Sequence record: SRR31156797_1064
Reading direction: 5' to 3' (one strand)
Length of the DNA stretch: 20,000 bases
The notes under the pieces were generated by a model. That model had not been told where the DNA came from. It did no database searches and worked only from the letters and a program-made list of their open reading frames with translations. Each line of letters starts with the position of its first letter. Within the stretch, counting starts at the first letter, position 1. Positions 9,546 to 17,637 of this stretch are shown here, in pieces. Made by a program: the position numbers and the translations under genes.

Positions 9546-9574
9546 TTGTCTCTCAGCAGATTCTGACGCATAAT
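9546..9574 (+). promoter_or_regulatory. Candidate sigma70 promoter for the fadL-like gene
   Basis: TTGTCT (9546-9551), 17-bp spacer, CATAAT (9569-9574), about 80 bp upstream of the ATG at 9653. Confidence 0.45.
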
Positions 9575-9652
9575 AATCTTGTGCTGGTCACTGCAAGCAG
9601 GCAGTAATTAGCTTGATTCATAAACAATATTCATCATTTTTCAGCCCATTCT

Positions 9653-10942
9653 ATGGCGTCATTTGTTAAAATATTAAAAGTTGGTTGCGGTCTTTACCTT
9701 GCCTGGCTCTTGTTGTTTCCTGTTCAGGCAATAGGCAGTGGGTTTCGGATTGCCAATCAGTCTGCAGTTGCTGTGGGGCTCGCAGGTGCGCATGTCGCCT
9801 ACACTCCAGGTGCAGATGCAGGGTTCTATAACCCCGCTAATATGACTGTTCTTGCTGATAGATGGCAAGTTGAAGCGAGCCTGACTACCCTCCATCTGCC
9901 CTCCATTGATTATCGTGACAACAGGTCTGCACTGTTGAATGGGAGTTCAGCCGAAGAGTGGTTCTTTTTTCCCCTTATCCATATGGTTTCTCCTGAATAT
10001 AACGGGTTCAGATTTGGGTTTGCCCTGACTTACCCTTTCGGGCTTTCCAAACAATGGGATCAAGTGTTCCCGCAGATGTATGCCCGCAATTTTTCGATGC
10101 TGACTGTGGAGGGCAACCCTACCGTTGCCTATGCTTTGACAGACAAGTTGTCTGTAGGTGGCGGATTGCGCCTGGTGTATGGCACCGGTGAAATGGAAAA
10201 TGTTGTTCAGAATCCACCGGCAGAGCAGTTAGCACCTTTGTCCTCTCTACAAAATAGTCTGGATGGTGATGCTCTGGAATTTGGGTATAACCTTGCACTT
10301 ACCTTTTCCCCGGTTGAGAGCATGAATTTCGCTGCAACCTTTCGTTCAGAGGTAGTAATGCATCTTGAGGGTGATGCAGAGCTTACTGCCTTGGCTGGGG
10401 ATATGACGGTACAGCAATTTGCTGGCGATGGTCAACTCGATGTGCCTCTCCCTGCCGTTTTTGCTCTGGCAGCATCATGGCAGCTTGACAAGTGGACATT
10501 TGAATTCGTTTGGGATCGGACATTCTGGTCCGGTGTCAGGGAATTCGACCCCAATTATGGAGTTTCTCTCAGGCAAACGCCCTTTAATGGATTTGACGTT
10601 CCAGTTGCAAAAAACTGGGAGGATGCCGATGCCTACCGGTTTGGTGTCTGGTACCAATGGAATGAAGTCTTGACAACAACCGTAGGCATTGCTTTTGAGC
10701 AGACTCCGGTTCCTGAGGAGACGCTGGGGTTCGACCTGCCGGATGCCGATGCTGTAGTCTATGCGGTTGGTATCCAGTATAGCCTGAATTCCCAGTTCGA
10801 CCTCGCCCTTTCTTACATGTATCATCATACCAAGAGCCGCTCAGTTGAAAATGCAGGTAATGCTGGGCTTGTGGGGGTTGATGGTTCTTTTAGCGGAGGA
10901 GGTGCGCATGCAGTTGCTGTGGGAGTGCGCTACCTCTTTTAG
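9653..10942 (+). CDS. fadL: FadL/OmpP1/TodX family outer-membrane channel for long-chain fatty acids or other hydrophobic compounds
   Basis: Signal peptide followed by SGF..NQS...G.AGA, the conserved NPA hatch motif (FYNPAN), PFGL..W, NPTVAY, LSVGGG, W.DA..YRFG, LPDAD and a C-terminal aromatic BAM signal (VRYLF). Confidence 0.9.
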   Translation: MASFVKILKVGCGLYLAWLLLFPVQAIGSGFRIANQSAVAVGLAGAHVAYTPGADAGFYNPANMTVLADRWQVEASLTTLHLPSIDYRDNRSALLNGSSAEEWFFFPLIHMVSPEYNGFRFGFALTYPFGLSKQWDQVFPQMYARNFSMLTVEGNPTVAYALTDKLSVGGGLRLVYGTGEMENVVQNPPAEQLAPLSSLQNSLDGDALEFGYNLALTFSPVESMNFAATFRSEVVMHLEGDAELTALAGDMTVQQFAGDGQLDVPLPAVFALAASWQLDKWTFEFVWDRTFWSGVREFDPNYGVSLRQTPFNGFDVPVAKNWEDADAYRFGVWYQWNEVLTTTVGIAFEQTPVPEETLGFDLPDADAVVYAVGIQYSLNSQFDLALSYMYHHTKSRSVENAGNAGLVGVDGSFSGGGAHAVAVGVRYLF

Positions 10943-10974
10943 GTCGTCTTATGAAGTAATTTTCGTTATTTCCC

Positions 10975-11039
10975 ATCCGGGTTAAGCTGTGCGTAAAAGG
11001 ATTTAACCACAGCTTACCCCGGATTTCTTGTCAGTTCAG
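10975..11039 (+). terminator. Intrinsic terminator after the fadL-like gene
   Basis: Inverted repeat ATCCGGG-T-TAAGCTGTG ... CACAGCTTA-C-CCCGGAT followed by TTCTT. Confidence 0.7.
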
Positions 11040-11296
11040 GCGGCGTCAAATTTGAAATTTTTTGGCAATGAATAGGTAGGCGTATACGCCGATAGCAGCT
11101 TATCTTGGTTGCAAAAATACTGAAGAAAATGATGCTGGATGGGCTGATCTTTGATGTATATTGTGTAAATTTGCAAACTCCATGAGATGCCGCCTAAAAT
11201 AGATAAATTGTTTAAAAAATAAAACCAGGCGCAATGTTCATGAGAAATCCTGGTTAGTGCTTAATTGTAAAAACCTATACCTTTGCAGGAGCAGCT

Positions 11297-12817
11297 ATGC
11301 CATCAGAAGTTGGAACATCTTTTTTCTCTCAAACGTCCATGGAGGACGAATCCCGACTGCTCCAGTCGGTTCTTGGACATGCCGTCCACCAAGCTTTTAT
11401 GCCTGAAGAGCCGATCCTCGCCCCAGGTACCGATACAGATGCATTTTACTACGTCATTAGGGGTGCAGTGGAAGTCAGCTACACTGATAATCATGATACT
11501 CGAATTACCGTGGCTCTGATTGGTCAGGGTGAATTTTTTGGTGAGATCGGCTTTTTTGACGGCGAGTCAAGGGTGAGGGATATCAGAGCTGTTGAAAATG
11601 CTGAAATCGCCATTTTCAATGGGCGTGTCATGGATAAACTACAGCAAGAATCACCTCAGGTGAGTATGGATTTTTTGGTTTTTTTAACCAAAAAAATATG
11701 CCGCAAGTTTAGACGAATAGCAGGAGAAAGGGAACCCCTTGCGGGGTATGCGGATTCCCTTTCTAGCCGAAGGTCTGGACGGTACAGCGAATCGAAACCA
11801 CTTCCAGCTTCACTTATCCATGCAGATAGTTGGCATACTATCAGCAGCAGTGTCGAGGGTTTCAAAGCTGAGTTGTTTAATTTTTCCCACCAACTTCAAC
11901 AGAAAGAAGCCGTTGGAGAAACAGATCAGGACTGTGAGAGCAGGTGTTACAATGTGCTTTCCACATTAAATGATGCTCTTCCTGTTTTTCAGAAAAAAAT
12001 GGCCGGTACAGGGTATGAGAAGGTGATGTGGGGGTATGTGTTCAAGGAAATTTTTCCTTATTTCATGCGCAGTGAATTTGCCGAGCGAGCTTACTTCAAG
12101 CCCAAGGGGTATGCAGGTGATTTCCTGATGATGGAACATATTTATGCCAATATCCCCAAAGGGGAGGGGACGCTGGGTAAAATTATTGATCAATTTTGCC
12201 TCCAGCGTCCGGGAGCGCTTGCCATCCACGGCAGGAGGCGACTGTTGAAGAGAGAGCTGTTACGGATGAGCAGTAAGCTCGCTGAATCGGGGAATCGAAT
12301 CAGGATAATGAACTTGGCTTGCGGTCCCAATAGGGAGCTGTTTGATTTTCTGGCAGAGTGTGAGTGTAGCGAACTGGTGGAAGCGCTGTGTATTGATATT
12401 GATTCCGATGCGTTGCGATACACCAACCAACATGTCAATGTGTTCCCCCACAACGCATCTGTCAGGTTGATGAGTGAAAATGTTATCAAGTGGTCCTTGG
12501 GAAGGGTAAAGCAACAAATTGCACCCCAAGATATTATTTACTCTGCCGGTTTATGCGATTACCTGGACACTCGGCTTTTTCGGGCATTGATAACCCAGTG
12601 CCATAAGCACTTGAAGCCCGGTGGTACGCTGCTGTTAGGAAATTTCACCCACTATACTGACTCCCTGTTTCTCGATAAGCTGCTCCGTTGGGAATTGATC
12701 TACAGAACGGAAGAGGACCTGAAAGAGCTCTTTGCACCCACCCCTTTTGGCAACAATGTAAGTATTCTCTCTGAAAGTGAAGAAGTAAATCTTTTTGCGA
12801 TGGCTGTGAAGGAATAA
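11297..12817 (+). CDS. cNMP-binding domain fused to a class I SAM-dependent methyltransferase, PhcB-like (putative fatty-acid methyl ester signal synthase)
   Basis: N-terminal CAP/cNMP fold (FYYVIRGAVEV...GQGEFFGEIGF....R). C-terminal RAYFKPKGYAGDFLMM (KPK...GDF at 12098-12124), IMNLACGP (motif I), IDID, IYSAGLCDYL and LKPGGTLLLGNF...W.LIYRT. I recognise the KPxGYAGD + GLxDYL + WxLxYR set as typical of the PhcB-like family; this is not database-verified. Confidence 0.85.
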   Translation: MPSEVGTSFFSQTSMEDESRLLQSVLGHAVHQAFMPEEPILAPGTDTDAFYYVIRGAVEVSYTDNHDTRITVALIGQGEFFGEIGFFDGESRVRDIRAVENAEIAIFNGRVMDKLQQESPQVSMDFLVFLTKKICRKFRRIAGEREPLAGYADSLSSRRSGRYSESKPLPASLIHADSWHTISSSVEGFKAELFNFSHQLQQKEAVGETDQDCESRCYNVLSTLNDALPVFQKKMAGTGYEKVMWGYVFKEIFPYFMRSEFAERAYFKPKGYAGDFLMMEHIYANIPKGEGTLGKIIDQFCLQRPGALAIHGRRRLLKRELLRMSSKLAESGNRIRIMNLACGPNRELFDFLAECECSELVEALCIDIDSDALRYTNQHVNVFPHNASVRLMSENVIKWSLGRVKQQIAPQDIIYSAGLCDYLDTRLFRALITQCHKHLKPGGTLLLGNFTHYTDSLFLDKLLRWELIYRTEEDLKELFAPTPFGNNVSILSESEEVNLFAMAVKE

Positions 12818-14521
12818 ATGATATCGCTGCAAAGTCATTCGTTGTCGAATAGTTTTACCGGGGACCTGAACCTGCTTTTTTATCAGCGTGCTCTTTTCTG
12901 CTTGTGGCTCTGCGCTATATTTTTTTCTATTTTCTCGCTGCTTGACTATGTCTGCTATCCTGAACATTTTTATCGTTTTGGCTTGTATAGGTTGGCTTAT
13001 GTACTCACGCTTTTATTTATGGTTGCATTCATTCGCCTGTCGGTTGGCAGGCGTTATGTCCGGCAGGTTATATATGTGGGGATGCTGCTGGGAAGCATGA
13101 CCATTTCCCTAATGACTGTTGAGTTGGGTGGTTTTGTCTCAGGGTACTATGTTGGTATTTTGCTTATGATAGCAGGAGGGTTTACTGTATTGCCCTTCAC
13201 TGTTTCTCAGGCGATAGTCACCGGATTGTCCATGTATTGTGTGTATGTGGTCACAGTAATAACTGCAATGGAGCCTCTGCAGCCTCAGGCTATACATTAT
13301 GCCTTAAATAATAGTTTCTTTTTTTTCTGTATAACCGGTGTGACTGCCATTCAAAGTTTTGATGATCTTCGGATACAGCTTAAGGCTTTGCAGTCGCAGA
13401 AAAGCCTTCGCAGTTTGAAAGCCGACCTGGTTAAGTATAAGGATAACTTGGAAGAGTTGGTGCGGCAGCGTGTTCAACAAAAAGAAGAGTCAGAATTGCG
13501 TTTCAAGGATCTGTATAACAACATTGATGATCTGATTGTTGTTATTGATGGTATGGGGGTGATACAGCAGTCAAACGGCAGTGCATCTAAATTGTTGGCA
13601 GGTGGGGAAAACACTTTATACGCTAGACCATTGAGTCAGTTTTTTCCAGATCAGGAAAGTGGGAAAAGTGTAGCTGCTGTGGTGGCAAGGCTTGAAAATG
13701 GGGAAGCGATAAGCAGTTTGCAACTGCAGCTGCAGACTGAAAAGAAGCGGCTGATTGAAGCTGAAATGAGTGGAACCAGGGTTTACATTTCGGGTAGTGA
13801 TCCGCTGTATCAGCTGATTATCCGTGATATAAGCGCCACCAAAGAGATGGAGCGTAAAGTGCTTGAGTCGAACCGGCTCCTTGATTCCTCTCGTCAGGCT
13901 GCAATATTCGGCCTGGCCCATCTAGCTGAATGTAGAGATGATGAAACCGGTGCCCACCTCAATCGCATTCGCGAATACACTTTATTGTTGGCAGAAGAGC
14001 TTGAAAAAGAACCAGAGGTGCAGCGGCAGGTCACTGAGAGTTTTAAAGAAGATATTTATCGATCATCTGTTCTCCATGATATCGGCAAAGTGGGAATACC
14101 CGATGATATTTTGTTGAAGCCCGGGAAGTTGATTGATGAGGAAATGAAAATAATGCAGCAGCACTGTTACCTGGGCAGTCAAGTGCTTAAAAATGCGGAA
14201 GAGATGTCGGGTGTCAGGTCTTTTTTAACGATGGGACAGGAGATCTGCTGCCACCATCATGAGCGTTGGGATGGGACCGGTTATCCTGAAAAATTAGCAG
14301 GTGGAGATATTCCCCTGGCAGCAAGGATCGTGGCTCTGGCTGATGTGTACGATGCATTGACATCAAGACGAACATATAAACCGGCTTATTCCCATGACCA
14401 CGCGCGGCAATTCATTATCAGTAGTAGTGGTAAACACTTTGACCCATTGGTGGTTAAAGCCTTCTTACGTCAAGAAACTGAATTCAAAAGGGTGCGGAAA
14501 AACTTACTGCTGAACGGGTAA
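12818..14521 (+). CDS. Multi-TM sensor-PAS-HD-GYP cyclic dinucleotide phosphodiesterase (canonical motifs)
   Basis: About 5-6 hydrophobic helices in aa 20-180, a coiled coil, PAS (RFKDLYNN...IRDIS), then ECRDDETGAH, LHDIGKVGIPD.IL.KPGKL, HHHERWDGTGYP, IPLAARIVALADVYDAL and RRTYK. The ATG directly abuts the upstream TAA. Confidence 0.92.
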   Translation: MISLQSHSLSNSFTGDLNLLFYQRALFCLWLCAIFFSIFSLLDYVCYPEHFYRFGLYRLAYVLTLLFMVAFIRLSVGRRYVRQVIYVGMLLGSMTISLMTVELGGFVSGYYVGILLMIAGGFTVLPFTVSQAIVTGLSMYCVYVVTVITAMEPLQPQAIHYALNNSFFFFCITGVTAIQSFDDLRIQLKALQSQKSLRSLKADLVKYKDNLEELVRQRVQQKEESELRFKDLYNNIDDLIVVIDGMGVIQQSNGSASKLLAGGENTLYARPLSQFFPDQESGKSVAAVVARLENGEAISSLQLQLQTEKKRLIEAEMSGTRVYISGSDPLYQLIIRDISATKEMERKVLESNRLLDSSRQAAIFGLAHLAECRDDETGAHLNRIREYTLLLAEELEKEPEVQRQVTESFKEDIYRSSVLHDIGKVGIPDDILLKPGKLIDEEMKIMQQHCYLGSQVLKNAEEMSGVRSFLTMGQEICCHHHERWDGTGYPEKLAGGDIPLAARIVALADVYDALTSRRTYKPAYSHDHARQFIISSSGKHFDPLVVKAFLRQETEFKRVRKNLLLNG

Positions 14522-14540
14522 GTGATAGCGGATAAAGGAA

Positions 14541-16238
14541 ATGGCAACGGTAACTAAAGAGAACGGGTACTTGACTGAGGTGCAGGAACTGCATCACCGG
14601 AGGGTTTATTATATCCTGCTGCTCGGGATCGCCCTCATGTTAAGTTTTAGTTTGCTGGACTATATACTCGTTCCTTTCTATTTCAATGAATTCTTAATCT
14701 ATCGCTTGATAGTGTGTGCGGGTGGCCTGCTTCTGGTGGGAGCCAATTACTATGATCGTCAAAAGAGATGGTCGCTTGCGATCGGGTTGTTTGGTTATAT
14801 CCTCGCCGGTACGGTGATCTTGATTATGATCTACAGGATGGGGGGGGCCCAATCGCCTTATTATGTGGGTTTGATTGTCATCATGACCATCTATACCACC
14901 CTGACACCGTTGACTCTGAGTCAGACCCTTGTTTCGGGATTTTTACTGATCGCCGGTTATCTACTTGCTGTAATCAGCGGTGATTTGCTTATTACTGTTC
15001 AGCCATTGTGGGTCTTCAGTAACTTCTTTTTTATGTTTTGTTTTGTCTGTATCGCAGCTACCCAGAGTGCTACTGAAACAAGTGCCAGGAAATTTGAGTA
15101 CAGGCTGCGCCAACAGGAGCAGCGAGCAGCTTTTGATCTACAAAAACAGGCTCTCAATCTTGAAAAGGAGGTCAGTCAGAGGACAGCGCAGATAAAGTTG
15201 TCTGAAGAGAAGTATCAACTCTTATTTAACAATCTTGCTGATGATGTGGTCTTGGTTAATCCGTTTGGTATGATTTTGCAGGCCAATGCTGCTTTTATTC
15301 GCCATTTCGGGAGTGAGATTGTAACAGAAAAGCATTCTATTTTTGATATTATGCCTGTCAAAAAGCAGTTGGAATTACAGCATATTCTGGACTCTGTCAT
15401 GACGTCGGAATCCTCTTTTTCCGCTTACCAGGTTGAGCTAACACTCAAAAAGAAAGGGCAATGCACCGTTGAGATAACGGCCTCCCTGCTGCAGCGGGAA
15501 GGTAAACGGGTCGGTGTGCAGCTGGTACTGCGGGATATCAGCGTTCGTCTGGGATTGGAAAGGAAACTCGTAGATTCTCTGAAAACAGTGCGGTATACGG
15601 AGGAGGCTGCCATCCTTGCTCTGGCAAAGCTTTCGGAATATCGGGAAATGCGATCGGGAAACCATTTGGAACGTATTCGTGCATTCTGTAAAGTGATAGC
15701 CCAGGGGGTTGTCGATGAGCCAGACTATATTGATAGTGTTACACCAGCCTTTGTTGATGACATCTACCATGCTTCTGTATTGCATGATATCGGCAAGGTG
15801 ACTATTTCCGATACACTCTTACGTAAAACAGAATCGCTTACCGCCTTGGAACGTGATATCATTCGTAATCACACTTTGGCCGGGGGGGATGTGATAAAGG
15901 ACATGGAGGCAGAAGGCCACGGAAGCGGCTTTCTTGCCATGGCTAAAAGCATTGCCTATTTTCATCATGAAAGGTGGGATGGAAAGGGATATCCGCACGG
16001 ACTTATCGGTACCGAAATTCCTTTGGCCGCTCGAATTTTGTCGGTAGCAGACGGATATGAGGAAATGACGCGATTCAATAGTGCCGGCCACAGAAGGCTG
16101 GACCATGATGAGGCGTTGGTGCAGATAATGAATAGCAGTGGTAAGGCTTTTGATCCGGTCGTGGTCAAGGTGGTTGTTAATTGCGAGAAAAAAATGGATG
16201 AAATCCGGGTACATTTTGCAAGAAGCCTGGGCGACTAG
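14541..16238 (+). CDS. Multi-TM sensor-PAS-HD-GYP protein, paralog with a partly degenerate C-terminal motif
   Basis: Same architecture as the preceding gene. LHDIGK and HHERWDGKGYP are intact, but ADGYEEMTRFNSAGH replaces ADVYDALTSRRTYK and LRKTESL replaces LLKPGKL. RBS AAAGGAA. Confidence 0.9.
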   Translation: MATVTKENGYLTEVQELHHRRVYYILLLGIALMLSFSLLDYILVPFYFNEFLIYRLIVCAGGLLLVGANYYDRQKRWSLAIGLFGYILAGTVILIMIYRMGGAQSPYYVGLIVIMTIYTTLTPLTLSQTLVSGFLLIAGYLLAVISGDLLITVQPLWVFSNFFFMFCFVCIAATQSATETSARKFEYRLRQQEQRAAFDLQKQALNLEKEVSQRTAQIKLSEEKYQLLFNNLADDVVLVNPFGMILQANAAFIRHFGSEIVTEKHSIFDIMPVKKQLELQHILDSVMTSESSFSAYQVELTLKKKGQCTVEITASLLQREGKRVGVQLVLRDISVRLGLERKLVDSLKTVRYTEEAAILALAKLSEYREMRSGNHLERIRAFCKVIAQGVVDEPDYIDSVTPAFVDDIYHASVLHDIGKVTISDTLLRKTESLTALERDIIRNHTLAGGDVIKDMEAEGHGSGFLAMAKSIAYFHHERWDGKGYPHGLIGTEIPLAARILSVADGYEEMTRFNSAGHRRLDHDEALVQIMNSSGKAFDPVVVKVVVNCEKKMDEIRVHFARSLGD

Positions 16239-16433
16239 GAACAGATTTGAGATCGGTCTTTATAAAAAAAATTGATGAGTATGTGTAGAGAAATTTCACA
16301 TATTTCCCTTGCTGTTCACGGCTAAATACACTAAAAAACAGCACAGACATTTTGTAAATTAATGCCTATGTCCTGTCTGTTGAGACAGTATAATCACAGG
16401 CAAGACTGACATTCTGAAACGGAGGAATACTGA

Positions 16434-17447
16434 ATGAAGCAAAACATTATGCGCGGCCCACTGCTTAAAGCCGGGGTTGTACTGCTTATCTTTACCCTGC
16501 TTGTGTACTTTACCAGTACTTCAGCAAATGGAAGTGTTTGGAGTAGCATTGCAATGATTTTTATTGGTGCCATTAATCTGATCAAGTGGGCTATTGGGAT
16601 GATTATTGGGTTGGGAGTCTGCCTGGCTGTACTTTTCGGTATTTTTCTTGGTGCCGTAGCTATGGTCAACAAGGAAAGCGCTGCGAGTATGTATGCAGCT
16701 TTGAAAGTAACCCTCGGGGAATGGCTTGCAGAGGGTTTGGTCGCTGCTGGTAACATGAAGGCCTGTGCCCAGCAACGGGAAACTGCATCCCCGCAAGTAC
16801 AGCAGCCGGTGATTACTGACAGCACCAAGGTCGATGATATTCACAATATGCTGGAAAGCAAGCTCGACGATTTGACCGCTAAAATTCATGCTCTTGAATC
16901 GAAAATGGAAGCTTTCGCCTCCACTGATAAACTTGACCAGGTGGCAGGAGAAGTCAATGCTTCCGGTGATGCCTTGCAGAAACTCAGTGAGGTCCTTACT
17001 GGATTAGAGACAAAAGTAGACGATGCCCATGGTAAACTGCAGGATATTTCCTCTGAAAAATTGCTTGGTGACTTACCTGGTCGAGTGACCAGTATCGAAG
17101 CAAAGGATGTTGCCAGTAAGGATGACATCAAGCCTATCGTCGATTTGGTGGAAAGGCTGCAGACAGAAATCCAGGATGGTATTGCTGGCATTGCTCAAAG
17201 CGGCGAAGAAGCAGGCCACGGTGGCAACGCAAGCGATCAAGAAGTCCATCGCTTGTTCAGTTACTTTGAGGATGTTGCGGACCAGGAAAAAATCCAGTCC
17301 CTGGTTGAGGAAACATTGAAAAAAGATATGACTTATGCCCAGGTGATGAATCATCTGGTGGTAGAAATGGGTACTGAAAAAGGACAAATTATTTCAGATC
17401 ATCCATCGCTTGCAAAGGATTACATTCGTCAGGCCAGACGCGCTTAA
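16434..17447 (+). CDS. Hypothetical membrane-anchored coiled-coil protein
   Basis: Strong RBS GGAGGAA. Two or three N-terminal hydrophobic segments, a heptad-rich acidic central region, a Gly-rich linker and a small C-terminal helical domain. Confidence 0.85.
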   Translation: MKQNIMRGPLLKAGVVLLIFTLLVYFTSTSANGSVWSSIAMIFIGAINLIKWAIGMIIGLGVCLAVLFGIFLGAVAMVNKESAASMYAALKVTLGEWLAEGLVAAGNMKACAQQRETASPQVQQPVITDSTKVDDIHNMLESKLDDLTAKIHALESKMEAFASTDKLDQVAGEVNASGDALQKLSEVLTGLETKVDDAHGKLQDISSEKLLGDLPGRVTSIEAKDVASKDDIKPIVDLVERLQTEIQDGIAGIAQSGEEAGHGGNASDQEVHRLFSYFEDVADQEKIQSLVEETLKKDMTYAQVMNHLVVEMGTEKGQIISDHPSLAKDYIRQARRA

Positions 17448-17459
17448 GTTAGAAAGCTG

Positions 17460-17616
17460 GTAGCTACTCACAGGGCATCGAACCTTCTTACGATCAGACT
17501 GGTTTACGTATGACCAATACGCGATACCAGGCTGCTTGTAAAAAACTCCGGCACCCTGCAAGTAGTTACAATTACAGGGTGTTGCCAAATAGAATTGCGC
17601 CCCCGTGAGTAGTTAC
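17460..17616. repeat. 157-bp element bounded by imperfect 16-bp inverted repeats (MITE/REP-like)
   Basis: Left GTAGCTACTCACAGGG (17460-17475) and right CCCCGTGAGTAGTTAC (17601-17616) are 14/16 reverse-complementary. A third internal copy CCCTGCAAGTAGTTAC (17554-17569) matches 13/16. Confidence 0.55.
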
Positions 17617-17637
17617 GAAAACTGTATGTAAGAAAGG

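Noticed and set aside
11160-11260. Possible c-di-GMP-I (GEMM) riboswitch in the methyltransferase leader (GCAAAC...CTAA)
   Set aside because: I could not build the P1/P2 stems or the GNRA tetraloop/receptor. An Infernal scan would be needed, and the visible match is too weak.
16281-16301. ATGTG...TCACAT resembling a CRP or Rex site
   Set aside because: The spacing is wrong for CRP (TGTGA-N6-TCACA), and only one half-site fits Rex.
17448-17637. 6S RNA or CRISPR interpretation of the repeat-containing spacer
   Set aside because: There are no regularly spaced direct repeats or cas genes, and no recognisable 6S central bubble or usual gene context. The inverted-repeat element explanation fits better.
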